Below are positions 22,409 through 35,598 of a DNA stretch of 64,000 bases, piece by piece (position 1 is the stretch's first letter; every line of letters starts with the position of its first letter). The DNA is from Pristiophorus japonicus (lineage: Eukaryota): the NCBI RefSeq assembly GCF_044704955.1, contig NC_091982.1, forward strand, positions 36,580,001 to 36,644,000, read 5' to 3'. The notes under the pieces were generated by a model that searched no databases, was not told where the DNA came from, and saw only the letters and a program-made list of their open reading frames with translations. The position numbers and the translations under genes were made by a program.

Positions 22409-22879
22409 ACACCCATTTAGGAATTCTTTTTAATGTTTATTTTTTTTTTCCAGAAGGCAGTTGAGCTGTAAGGGCTAAACACTGCCAATTTTTACATGAT
22501 TTTTTTTGTTCATTTCAGAAGGCAGTTCCCCTTTAAAAGACCAAACTGCTTTCTGAAATGACAGCCTTGCTTTAAGAGAAGGCTGCTCTTGCTGTATGAC
22601 ACTACAGCCATGCTACATTGGGGCCTCCTGCCAGGACGAATGCTACCAGGGCAGCATTGCACAGTGAGTTTAGTGCCGGGCGAATAACCCCCAGCGCTAA
22701 TTCTTCAGTCTTGCCGGCGCCACCATTTTCGGCAGTCGTTAACACCCGGCTGCAGTAGCACCGGCAGCTTTTGTGGAGGCCGTGAATTTCTAGGCCCAAA
22801 TGTTTAAGAACAGTCAAGGTATTTGGTATACAAGCCATGTCAGAAGTAATCACGTCTATCTAAAAATCAAAACTCCAAA

Positions 22880-25830
22880 TAAAAATCAAATGTGAAAATA
22901 CTCAACTGGAGGAGGGCTAATTTCAGTGAGTTGAAAAGTGATCTGGCCCAAGCGAATTGGAATTAAAGATTGGTTGGTAAAACAGTAAATGAGCAATGGG
23001 AGGCTTTCAAAGAGGACATAGTTCAGGTACAGACGAGACACATTCCCATGAGTTGGAAAGGAAGGGCATCCAAAGCTAGAGCTCCCTGAATGACTAATGA
23101 TCGAGATATTAAAATGTAACAGAAAAAGAAGGCTTATAATAAATATCGGGTTCATAATTCATCAGAGAACCAAGCTGAATAGACAACGTAGAGGGGAGAA
23201 CTAAAAAAGGAAATAATAGGGTTAAAGAGAATGTATGAGTATATGTTAGCAGGTAACATAAAAGGGAATCCAAAAGTCTTTTATAAACATATGTGGCCCA
23301 AAATTCCACATGGACTTTTATTGGCACAGTTGTCGAGGTAGTCCGATTTTTTAGTGGCCCGTCTGCGCCCCAAAAAATAGTTCCAACTTTCGGCGGCATA
23401 ACCTTTCATTTTGGAGCAGCACAGATGTCCTTAAGCTCTGTGGGTGGAGCTTAAGGTCTGCGCCAAAAAACTGAGGTTGCCAGGGTAACGAGGGACGCTG
23501 AATTTATCCTGTAGTGTCATTGCTGATTTCGCTCTCCCCAAGAACTTCTATTTTCATAACAGGTGTAAGCATTCCAAGAGACTAATTTAAAAAAATTGAT
23601 TTGTCTCTTTGTAAACTCAACCATGACCCCGTGATGGCCCCCGCCCCCCTCCCCCACCCCCCTGCACTCGATGCCTGCCGCTTCTATCCCGGGCAGAAAG
23701 GCCCCCCGCACTGGCCCACTTCTATCCCGGGCCAAATGGCCCCCTGCCCCGCCGCCGTGTCTTCAGCTCCGCTGAAACAATGGAGTCTTCTCTCCGTCGA
23801 TTTTCTCTTCTCTGCGCCGATTTCCTTAAATGTACGTGAGGTTTTTCAGAAGGGTGCAGTGCACTGTTTTAGAAAAAAATCCTACTTGGCCAAACTTGCT
23901 TCAATGGCCAGGAATGGCGCACCTGGCAGGTTCCGCCCCCTTAAAAACATTAAAAAAATCGGGAACTAAAAAAATCGGACGTACCTACTTTAGAATGGCG
24001 CAGAAACTTTGGTGAAACTTGCAAATTTTAGTCTGCTCCAAAAAAAACAGCGTAGGCCAAAAAAAATGGTGCCGAAAATTCAGCACATAAAGAGTAAATA
24101 GTCTATAACAGTAGTCACATGAAGGGTAGGGCCGATTCAGGACTAAAAAGGAGATCATTTTGTGGAGGCTGAGATCATAAATGAAGACGAGGATACTGCC
24201 AATGTAGTAGCAAAGGAGGTGGCAGCAAAGAAATTGGATAGAATAAAAATAGATAAAGGGGAGCTACTAAAAAGGTTGGCAGCGCTCAAAGTAGAAAAGG
24301 CACTTGGTCCGGGTGGGGTGCATCCGAGTTGCTGAGGGAAGTAAGGGTGGAAATTGTGGAGGCTCTGGCCACAATCTTCCAATCCTCTTTAGATATGGGA
24401 GTGGTACCAGAGGACTGGAAGATTGCAAATGTTACACTCCTATTCAAAAAGGGGGAGAAAGTTAAATCTGACAACAATAGGCCAGTCAGCCTAACGTCAG
24501 TGGTGGGGAACCTTTTAGAGACAGTAATCTGGATCAAAATTAATTGGCATTTGGGAAAAAAATATGGATTAAATAAATGAAAGCCAGCATGGATTTGTTA
24601 AAGGCATGTTTGACTAACTTGATGAGTTCTTTGATGAAGTAATGGAGAGAGTTGATGAGAGTAGTGTGGTTGATGTTGTGGCATTTGATAAAGTACCGCA
24701 CAATAGACTTGTTAGCAAAATTGAAGCCCATGGGATTAAAGGCACAGTGAGAGCGCGGAAACAAAATTGGCTAAGGGACAGAAAGCAGAGAGCAATGGTG
24801 AATGGTTGTTTTTCAAACTGGAGAGAAGTGTGCAGAGGTATTCCCCAGGGCTTGGTGTGGGGACCACTGCTCTTTTTGATATATATTAATGACCTAGACT
24901 CGGATATACAGGACATAATTTCAAAGCTTGCAGATGATATGAAACTCAGAAAAGTAGTAAACAATGAGGAGGATAGTAACAGACTTCAGGAGGACATAGT
25001 CAGACTGGTTTAATGGGCAGACACATGGCAGATGAGATTCAACGCAGAGAAATGTAAAGTGGTTCACTTTGGTAGGAAGAATGAGGAGAGGCAATATAAA
25101 CTAAATGGTACAATTTTAAAGAGGGGTGCATGAATAGAGAAACCTAGGGGTGTATGTACACAAGTCTTTGAAGGTAGCAGAACAAGTTGAGAAGGCTGTA
25201 AAAAAGGCACAAAGGATCTTTGGCTTTATCAATAGAGGCATAGAGTACAAAAGCATGGAAATTATACTAAACCTTAATAAAACACTGGTTAGGCCCCAGC
25301 TGGAGTATTGTGTCCAATTCTGGGCACCACACTTTAGGAAGGATGTCAAGGCCTTTGAGAGCGTGCAGAGATTTACTAAAATGTTACCAGGGTTGAAAGA
25401 CTTCAGTTACATGGAAAGACTAGAGAAGCTGGGGTTGTTCTTCTTAAGGGGAGATTTGATCGAGGTGTCCAAAATCATGAAGGGTTTTGATCAAGTAAAT
25501 AAGGGGTAACTGTTTCATTTGGCAGAAAGGTCGACAGCCAGAGGACACAAATTGAAGATAATTGGCAAAAGAACGAGAGGCAACATGAGGAAAAAATGCT
25601 TACGCAGCAAGTTGCTATGATGTGGAATGCACTGCCTGAAAGGGCGGTGGAAGCAGGTTGAGTGATAACTTTCAAAAGGCAATTGGATAAATACTTAAAG
25701 TAGAAAAATTTACAGGGCTAAGGGGCAAGAGCGGGGGAATGGGATTAATTGGATAGCTTTACCAAAGAACCAGCACAGGCATGATGGGCCAAATGGCCTC
25801 CTTCTGTGCTGTGTCATTCTATGCTTCTAT
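22880..25830 (+). mobile_element. Older CR1 ORF2 3' part with many disablements, interrupted by a MITE
   Basis: Fragment ORFs 24329, 24642 and 25150 carry RT motifs; ATTCTATG-type tail at ~25816. Confidence 0.92.
23293..24086. mobile_element. MITE inserted in CR1; same family as 62981-63925, opposite orientation
   Basis: CR1 sequence resumes on both sides (ttataaacatat|ataagagtaaa); imperfect TIRs; internal blocks shared with the 63-kb element. Confidence 0.72.
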
Positions 25831-26449
25831 CTGCCTGAATGCTAAAACTGATTAGAAACATGTTTGCATGTCTATTGTTTTGATCCAGGTGCCAAAAGCA
25901 GTATAGTATAAGCTGTGACTACTTTTCTCTGTGCTGCAGTTTATTATCTGAAATCTTTTGTTTCCACATTGTAGTGATGAAACACGACTACAGAGAAATG
26001 TCAGAAGTTATTTTGGTCACAATAACATGTTCTGATATGATTTTCACCATTGTCTCACATATACTTAAACAGGAGAAAGAATGTTGGACAATTTTGTTCA
26101 AGTGCACTGTTTAAAATTTCACACTGTGCTTTTCCCAAAAGTGACCACTAGTCTGCACTGCAGCATAAGGGGCAGCTGAAAGTTGGCATGAATACAGACA
26201 ATATGTTCAGTAATATGTGAGAACATAAGAAGTGAAGAAGTGAAAACAAATTTGACCCATCAAAACCCACTCAATCCAGAGTCCAAGCATGATTACACTG
26301 TCATGGACTTTCCTCCTGCTCCCCCACTACTACCAGTACCACTGGTGGATCCCCCCAAAATCCTGCAGTCTGCTGCTCCATAGTGCGATACACCTATTGT
26401 ACCTGTGGCCCAGCAGTGCTTCCCATGTTTGGGTAGCCTGCTGGCTCTC

Positions 26450-27177
26450 AGGCCTAAGTTCTCCGAAGTTAACACCAATGCCAACCACTTTCACCTCAAT
26501 CGGTTACCGTTGACGTTGCGATCAGAAACCTCGGCCTCAAAGTCCAAGGGGCCGATTTTGATGAACTTACCGCCCACTGCCGCCGACTGCCGCCCACTGC
26601 TGCCAACAATTCCCCTGCTCGAACCGCCCAGTGCCACTTTCGACCTGGCCTGGAGTGGGCGGGACTGGAGAGCCGCCGGGAAGCGCCCGCCGACGTCAGC
26701 GGAGGGCCGATGGTTGTAAGTACACTCCCGCCCGCCGATATGCCAGATTGGCGCGGGCAGGAGTCGGCTGGAGTCGGCGGCAGGACGGCGATGGACCGCT
26801 GAGTGGAGGCAGCTCTGTCCTGAATAATGAGTGCCAAGATCCTGTAACAAAGGTAAGTGGAATGTTTTAAATTATTTCTTTACAGGTACTTATCTGGATG
26901 GGGTCCCTTGAAGGTCGTCAGATGTTTTTTTTTTGTTGGTGATGATTTTTATTTTTACCTCTTCGACCCTCCGTGGGCCAGACTCCATCCTCGGCGGCAC
27001 TTCCCGCCCTCTGCCACCCAGATTGGCGCCGTAAGTCGTTGATTTGCCACCCGCCGACCTTCGAGGGACCTCGGCAATGAAAACCCCGCCAAAAGTACCA
27101 TCCGGTACCTCGCCGGCCATCTGCGGCACTTTGGGCGACACTTGGGCGGGCAGAGGCCTTGACCAAGTTTGGCCCCC
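26450..27177. mobile_element. CpG-rich MITE-like TIR element
   Basis: Ends aggcctaagtt / aagtttggcccc; organisation like 18841-19454. Confidence 0.6.
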
Positions 27178-27839
27178 AAGTTCACAATGACCGATTGGGT
27201 GAGGCACTAAAGCACTGCTGGTTCCCGTGCACCCAGAGCCAAAAAGGAAGTCACCTCTTTCAGGAGGCAAAATAAAAATAGAGACGCAAAGCACTTCAGG
27301 AGCAATAAACATTAAAGGACCCGCAGGATATAAAAAGCCATGAGGTAGAGACTGCCCAGCAAAAAATGTCTCCCCTTTCAAAACGATGAAGAAGTATTGA
27401 ACTGACATAGGCTGTCACACATAAGTGGTATCCGATGACAAAATAGACAAGAAAGCTACAAGAATGGAAGTTTCTCTTCGCCCCCCCACACACATTACAC
27501 AAGCAGAGTTTGATTGAAGTAAAGCAGAGAACAGAACCTCAGTATACAAAGCCAGTTTTTTGGTGATTCGGTTCATGTATTCTAGAATAGCCTGCGTCAT
27601 AAGTAAATCAGCAACTAATTCAAATTAATTGGAATTGCTGCATACAAATGTATTACATTGAATCTATCCTTGTGACAAGAATAATGGAATACTGTCCCAG
27701 CATCTCAGTGTATGACTCTCAATGCTTATTGTGCTTATCCTCTTCTAATGAGAATAACTCTGATACAAATGGACTGAAATCATTATCACCAGTTTAAATG
27801 CACGTGGGGCCCAATTTTCAATAGCTGTATTTTTTCTTT

Positions 27840-28265
27840 TAATTTATTTATTCAGGAGATGTGAGTGTTGTTGGCAAGGCCAGCGTTTATTGCCCATCCC
27901 TAATTGCCCTTGAGAGGATGGTGTCGGGGAGCCACCTTCTTGAACCGCTGCAGTCCTTGTGAAGGTACTCCCACAGTGCTGTTCGGGAGGGAGTTCCAGG
28001 ATTTTGACCCAGTGACAGTGAAGGAATGGCCAAATATTTCAAAGTCAGGATGGTGTGTAACTTGGCGGGGAACTTGGAGGGGATGGTGTTCCCATGCGTC
28101 TGCTGCCCATGTCCTTTTAGGTGGTAGAGGTCACAGGTTTGGGAGGTGCTGTTAAAGAAGCCTTGGCGAGTTGCTGCAGCCCTGGTACTCCGGTGGTGGA
28201 GGGAGTGAATGTTTTAAGGTGATGGATGGGGTGCCAATCAAACGGACTGCTTTGTCCTGGATGGT
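27840..28265 (-). mobile_element. 3' end of the same LINE family as 15407-15872
   Basis: Near-collinear sequence with poly(T) at the left edge. Confidence 0.8.
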
Positions 28266-28890
28266 TCAACTGTAATTATGTTATATCTTCCATAATGCTA
28301 TGTTTGTGACTTTCCACAGATTGGTATCAGGTTACAGGCAGCCATTTCTTTATCTACAGCTAATATGCCTCTTGGATGTTAATTACAAGGATGTGCCATA
28401 AATCGATCTAAAGGAGCTGAAAGTACAATGGCAAATTCCTGAATTCATAATACATCTAGAATTGAAAAATATAATGTGGAGAAAGGAACCAGTTTGAAAG
28501 ATTTATTGAGACCCTGCTTGAGATCAGTTGGGAATTCTCTGGGCAGCACCCACACTGGTGTATGTGTACTGGAAGATCACAAAGGTCCTGTTTGTGTACA
28601 ACAAGCTTAGAATTTGCTGATTAAGCTGGTGTAAAGTACTGATTACACGTGGCTTCTCACATTCTAGAGGTTTTATACTCGATAAGTTCTTGGGTTTAAT
28701 GTCACCAGTCCCATAAGTGGGTTACCGTCATCATTGTGATCAGAAAACCTTGGCCAAGAATAACCACTTGGGTGAGGTACGGGGTACTGCTTAGTACCCA
28801 TGCAGCCAGAGTCAAAATCAATCTCCTACAATGTAAGTACACCGTTTTCAGTGAGACCCAGGTTCGTAACAGAGAACCCTTATCCTGTAT

Positions 28891-31800
28891 CATCATCATA
28901 GGCAGTCCCTCGGTGACTGAACAGTCCAATACGAGAATCACAGTCCCTGTCACAGGTCATTGAGGGAAAGGATGGGTGGGACTGGTTTGCCGCACGCTCT
29001 TTCAGCTGCCTGTGCTTGATTTCTGCACGCTCTCGGCGTTGAGACTCGAGGTGCTCAGCGCCCTCCCAGATGCATTTCCTCCAGTTAGGGCGGTCTTTGG
29101 CCAGGGACTCCCAGGTGTCGGTGGGGATGTTGCACTTTATCAAGGAGGCTTTGAGGGTGTCCTTGAAACGTTTCCTCGGCCCACCTTTGGCTCATTTGCT
29201 GTGAAGGAGTTCCGAGTAGAGCACTTGCTTTGGGAGTCCTGTGTCAGACATGCGAACAATGTGGCCTGCCCAGCGGAGCTGATCGAGTGTGGTCAATGTT
29301 ATGTCTTTAACCCTTTGTAACCTGCATGACACCTGACCAACAGAGCTGCAAATCCTGCAAACCACCATGTTGCAGAGGAAGTTCGATCTACAATGGATCA
29401 GGCTGAATTGGAGACTCGTACTAAGGAGTCACAAGTGTACGGGGTACACACGTTCACGACAAAATGTCCACCAATAATGTTGAAAGTTGAACTGAACGGA
29501 ATTCCAGTATCTATGGAGCTGGACATGGGGGCAAGTCAATCCATAATGAGTAAAAAGGCCTTCGACAGGCTGTGGGGAAATAAGGCACAAAGGCCCAAGC
29601 TCAGCCCCATTCACACCAAACTAAGGATTTACACCAAGGAACTAATCCCTGTAATTGGCAGTGCAGAAGTCAAAGTTTCCTACGACGGAGCAGTACATGA
29701 ACACCCGCTGTAGATTGTACCAGGGGATGGCCCCACGTTGTTTGGCAGAAGCTGGCTGGGAAAAATCTGCTGGAGCTGAGACGACATCCGAACGCTTTTG
29801 TCAGTCGATGACGCCTCATGTACCCAGGTTCTGAGCAAGTTCCCATCGTTGTTCGAACCAGGCATTGGAAGCTTATTAGGGGCGAAAGTGCAGATCCATT
29901 TGGTTCCCGGTATGCTACCCATCCACCACAAGGCACGGGCGGTACCGTACATGATGCGTGAAAAAGTGGAAATTGAGCTGCAACGTGAAGGCATTATCGC
30001 GCCAGTGGAATTCAACGACTGGGCCAGTCCGATTGTCCCGGTATTCAAGGAGGATGGCACGGTTAGAATTTGTGGGGACTATAAAGTAACAATTAACCAT
30101 TTTTCGCTGCAGGATCAGTACCCCGCTACCCAAGGCTGATGACCTATTTGCGACCCTGGCTGGAGGGAAGACGTTCACCAAGCTGGACCAGACTTCAGCC
30201 TACGTGACGCAGGAGCTGGAGGAGTCTTCGAAAGGCCTCACCTGAATCAACACGCACAAAGGTCTGTTTATGTACAACCGGTGCCCGTTCGGGATTCTTG
30301 CAGCGGAACATGGAGCGCCTACTAAAGTCGGTTCCTTCAACAGTGGTCTTCCAGGACGACATATTGGTTATAGGTCGGGACTCCGTGGAGCGCTTGAAGA
30401 ATCTGGAGGAGGTTCTTAGTCAGTTGGATCGCGTGGGACTCAGGTTGAAACGCTCGAAGTGTGTTTTCCTGGCACAGGACGTCGAATTCTTGGTAAGGAG
30501 AATCACGGCAGATGGCATCAGACCCACCGACGTCAAGACGGAGGCCATCAAGAACGCGCTGAGACCACAGAACGTGACAGAGCTGCGGTCGTTCCTGGGA
30601 CTCCTTAACTATTTCGGTAATTTCCTACCTGGGTTAAGTACTCTGCTAGAACCCTTAAATGCGCTACTGCGCAAGGGAGATGATTGGGTATGGGGGAATT
30701 CATAAGAGGCTGCCTTTAAGAAAGCCAGAAATCTGTTGTGTGCTAACAAATTGCTTGTCCTGTATAACCCTTGTAAACGATTAGTGCTAGCTTGCGATGC
30801 GTCGTCATACGGGGTCGGGTGTGTGTTACAATAGGCTAACGAATCGGGGATTTTGCAACTGGTCGCTTATGCGTCCAGGAGTTTGTCCAAGGCCAAAAGG
30901 GCTTCCAGCATGGTTGAAAAAGAAGCTCTGGCGTGCGTTTATGGGTAAAAAAAATGCACCAGTACTTACTTGGCCTCAAGTTTGAGTTTGAAACTGACCA
31001 CAAGCCGCTCATATCGCTGTTCTCTGAGAGCAAAGGGATTAATACCAATGCCTCTGCCCTCATTCAAAGATAGGCGCTCATGCTGTCGGCATACAACTAT
31101 GTAATTCGCCACAGACCAGGCACAGAGAACTGCGCAGATGCTCTCAGTCGGCTGCCATTGCCCACCACTGGGGTGGAAATGGCACAGCCAGCGGACTTGC
31201 TCATGGTCATGGAGGCATTCGAGAAGACCCCTTTACGGCCCACCAGATCAGGACCTGGACCAGCCAGGATCCTTTATTGTCCTTGGTAAAACAAACTGTG
31301 TCCTCCATGGGAGCTGGTCCAGTGTCCCAGTGGAGATGCAGGAAGCAATTAAGTCGTTCCACAGACGCAAAGACGAGTTGTCCCTGCAGGCGGACTGTCT
31401 ATTGTGGGGGAATCGCGTGGTCTTGCCCAAGAAAGGCAGAGATACGTTCATATGTGAACTGCACAGCACCCACCCAGGCATTGTAATCATGAAAGCCATA
31501 GCCAGATCCCATGTGTGGTGGCCCAGCATCGACTCTGATTTAGAGTCATGTGTGCGGCAGTGCAACACTTGCTCTCAGCTGAGCAATGCACCCAGAGAGG
31601 CACCGTTAAATTTGTGGTCGTGGCCCTCCAAACCGTGGTCGAGGATCCATGTAGACTATGTGGGCCTATTTCTAGGCAAAATGTTTTTGGTTGTCATGGA
31701 CGCGTACTCAAAATGGATTGAATGTGCAATAATGTCTGTAAGCACGTCCACGGCCACCATTGAAAGCCTACGAGCCATGTTTGCCACGCACGGCCTACTG

Positions 31801-33038
31801 ATGTCCTAGTCAGCGACAATGGGCCGTGCTTCACATGTCACATCTGCCCCGTTCAAGTACGCACCCAATGGCCAGGCAGAACGGGTAGTTCAGACCATCA
31901 AGCAAAGCTTGAAACGTGTGTCGGAAGGCTCCCTGTAGATCCGGTTGTCCCGAGTGCTGCTCAGCTACCGCACCAGACCCCACTCACTCACCGGGGCTCC
32001 CCCAGCTGAGCTGCTCATGAAAAGGGTGCTTGAAACAAGGCTCTCTCTTGTCCACCCTGATCTCCATTATCACGTGGAGGGCAAGCGGCATCAACAGAGT
32101 GTGTACCATACTGTGCAAATTTGTCACGCGATATTGAGATCAATGGTCCTGTGTTTGTGCTCAATTATGGACATGTTCCCAAATGGCTTGTTGGCATGGT
32201 CACAGCCAAAGATGGGAGTAGGGTGTTCCAGATCAAATTGGCCAATGGACAAACGCACAGAAAACATTTGGACCAAATCAAATTGCAGTTCACCAACAGC
32301 TACAAACAACCCGAAGAGGACACCACCAACTTTGACCCTCCAAGACACACAAGTGGCAACTGACATCATGGCTGACCACGAAACCAAACTCATCATCCCC
32401 AGCAGCCCGGCAAGGCCGGCTGCTCAACAGCCCAGTGAAGAGCTGACCAACCCACCCACAGCCGCGTTTGTACCGAGACCATCGACAGGGGAGCGTAAAG
32501 CCCAGATCGTCTCACCTTGTAAATAAGTGTACTACTGACTTCACGGAGGAGTGATGTTATGTATTTAACCCTTTGTAACCTGCATCACATGACCACCAGA
32601 GAGCTTACCTGTTGGAGTCCCAAGGGATCCCAGCATCCCTTGGGAGCACAGTATATAAGCAGGCCACCCACGAGGTACTGACACTCTGGAATCTTATTAA
32701 AGGAGCTAAGGTCACACTTGCTCATTGCACACAGTGCTCAGCCTCACCCTTTACTATGGGATAACAGTCAGTGCTGGGGATGTTGGCCTGGTCGAGGACG
32801 CTAACGTTGGTGCATCTGTCCTCCCAGGGGATTTGCAGGATCTTGCGGAGACATCGTGGGTGGTATTTCCCCAGGCAGACAAGGGCAGACATTGACGACG
32901 AGATTCAACACTGCCTCCAGTGCTGCCTTCGGCTGCCTGAGGAAAAGAGTGTTCAGAGACCAGGGCCTCAAATCTACTGCCAAGCTCATGGTTTACAGGG
33001 TTGTAGAAATACCCACCCTCCTATACGGCTCAGAAACA
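28891..33038 (-). mobile_element. RTE LINE insertion with inverted 5' segment and 11-bp TSD, split by a Gypsy element
   Basis: (CAT)n tail at 28891; minus-strand RT C-terminus at 28891-29296 and 32767-32870; plus-strand RADIDDEIQ...LLYGSET at ~32875-33038; TSD TTATCCTGTAT at 28880-28890 and 33039-33049. Confidence 0.9.
29297..32766 (+). mobile_element. Gypsy (Mag-like) LTR retrotransposon with pseudogenised pol; most of the 5' LTR and gag deleted
   Basis: TSD GTCAA/GTCAG; 3' LTR 32555-32766 after a purine tract. Protease (LDMGAS), RT (WASPIV, ICGDY, FQDD), RNase H (DAS, ETDHKPL, ADALSR), integrase (HPG..H..C..C, IHVDY, SDNGP). Confidence 0.95.
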
Positions 33039-35598
33039 TTATCCTGTATATCGATTACTGGAATGTGTCACATGCTGTCATATGATTTGCTTCTTTTCAG
33101 TAAGTGGACTGAATGTACATTCTCACTCGATTGAAACTAGGCTTTCAACTAACAAAGGGTTTTATTTACACAAGACAGACGATGAACAGTAAGCAGTACA
33201 ACACAGTGCTGCATACATTACTCTTTTAAAACACAGTTGGCATACTGAAACTGGCTGTAGCCCGACTCCCAGGTAAAATAGGTTTCCCATAGAAATACAA
33301 TCCGACCTCCTTTAAAGTATACATAAACAAAGAAAATAGATGAATGCATCAATTGTGGATCAACAGCTATTCACAAGTTATCAATTATAATAATTATTGT
33401 TATCTGTGTCAACACAAAGACCACGGCCACTTTGAGTGACAAATGGAGACGTCTAGTTGTGGAAATCTGGAACTCGCTCCCTCAAATTGAAAATTTAAAA
33501 ACTGAGATTAATAGGTTTAATTTTGGCTGCAGCCATAAAACTGTTGTTTGAAGATTGACCACCTGTTGTACACCCTCCCCGATATTACAGAACATTGACC
33601 AAGAAGAATTGGACGGTGTATGACGGGAGGTGTGACAGGAGGAGTGATGGGGGCGGGGGCATGTGTGTGTGTGACCGGCGGGTGGGGAACGTGCCGGGGG
33701 ATTACCGGGGGCGCGGGTGGGGGGGAGAAGTGACCGAGGGTTTGACAGAGGGTGACCGGGGTCTAAGAGGTGACGGAGCGGGTGAGGGGGGGGGGGAGTG
33801 ATGGAGGGGTGGGGGGGTGTACCGGGGGTGTGATGGAGGTGGTGTAATGGGGGGAGCGGTGACAGGGTGACGGGGGTGTGATGGGGAGGTGATGGGGAGG
33901 GGGTGAAGGGCGACAGTGACAAGGGAGGGGGTGATTGGCGGGGATGAAGGTGGCATGATGGGTGTGACGGGGGAGTTGGGACGGGCGGGGTGCTGTGGGT
34001 TGTGAAGAGGCGGATGTCCGGGCTGTGCAACGGTGGGGGGGGGGGGGGTGTGACTGGGGGTGTGATGGGGGAGTGATGGGGGGGGGGTGCGGGGTGATGG
34101 GGGTTTGATGGCGGGGTGACAGGGGTGGGGCGGCGTGGCGGCCCCGATCTGCGAGAGACCATCAGCGGCAGGTCGGGGCCATAAAAGGAGCGGCGAGCAG
34201 CAGCCATGGGCAGCGTGGCGGTGTACCACGGCAAGGTACAGCGCGAGCTGGTGCAGGAGGGCAACGGCAGCGAAGAGGGACATCATCAAGGTCCAGGTCG
34301 GAGGGAGGGTTTGATGGGGGTGCAGCGGGCGGGAGAGTGACGGAGGGTTTGGGACAGTGGGGGGTGACGGGGGAGGGGGGTGATTGGCGAGAATGAAGGG
34401 GGCGTGATGGGGGCTGAAGGAGGAGTTGGGACGGGCGGGGTGATGAGGGTGTGAGGAGGCGGGTGTCCGGGATGTGCAACGGGGGGGTGTGATGGGGGGG
34501 GGGGGGGCTGTGACGAGAGGATATGACGGGGTGGTGTGACGGGGGGTGTGACGGGGTGTGTGACGAGGGGATATGACGGGGGGGTGTGATGGGTGGGTGA
34601 CGGGGTGTGTGACGTGTGTGACAGGATGTGTGACGGGGGTGTGTGACGGGGTGTGTGATGGGGTTGTGTGATGGGGGGTGACAGAGGCGGGTGTGTGACG
34701 GGCGGGGGGTGATGGGGTTGTGTGATGGGGTGTGTTATGGGGAGGTATGACGGGGGTGTGTATTGGGGGGTGATGGGGTGTGTGACGGGCTGTGAGACGG
34801 GGGGATATGACGGGGTGGGGTGATGGGGGTGTGTGATGGGGGTGTGTAATTGGGGGGGTGATGAGGTGTGTGACGGGGGTGTGTGATTGGGGGGGTGACG
34901 AGGTGTGTGACGGGGGGGTGTGATTGGGGGGGTGATGGGGTGTTTGACGGGGGTGTGTGATTGGGGGGGATGACGGGGTGTGACAGGATGTGTGATTGGG
35001 GGGGTGACAGGGTGTGCGACGAGGTGTGTGACGGGGGTGTGTGATGGGGGTGACAGCGGGGGGGGTGTGACGGGTGGGGGGTGATGGGGGTGTGATGGGG
35101 TGTGTTATGGGGGGTTATGACGGGGGGTGTAATGGGGGGTGATGGGGTGTGTGATGGGCTGTGAGACGGGGGTTGTGATAGGGTATGTGACAGGGTGTGT
35201 GATGGGCGGGGCGGGGGGAGGATAGGGGGTGTGATGGGAGAGGTATGACGAGGGGTGTGACAGGGTATGATGGGATGTGTGACCAGCGGGGGAATGACGG
35301 GGTGTGATCGGGGGGGGGAGGTATGATGGGTGAGTGACGGGGTGAGTGACGGGGTGTGTGACGGGGGGCTTTAACGGGGGGGTGTGATCTGTTATGATGG
35401 GGGCTGTGACAGGGGGTGTAATGGGGTGTATGACGGGGGTGTGACGGAGGGCTGTGACGGGGTGAGTGACAGGGTGAGTGACGGGGTAAGTGAAGTGGGG
35501 TGTGACGGAGGGTGTGATCAGGGATGACAGGGGGTGTGACGGGGGGTGTAACGGGTTGAATGACAAGGTGTGTGATGGGGGTATGACGGGGGGTGTGA

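Larger units (their letters stand above)
19481..22797. mobile_element. Decayed Harbinger-type transposon with convergent transposase-like (+) and Myb/SANT (-) relics, hosting CR1, Penelope and SINE insertions
   Basis: Perfect 12-bp TIR GGCCTAGAAATT. Acidic C-terminal-like stretch EEEDAEEEEAEENEAEG...GQDIWDEI at ~20930-21040. Minus 21712-21900 encodes WDQITKAVTVSNVAPTTRRLCRN*LHDL followed by a splice donor. Confidence 0.72.

Noticed and set aside
26405-27408. Cluster of overlapping GC-rich ORFs
   Set aside because: Lie within a CpG-rich MITE; no domain motifs.
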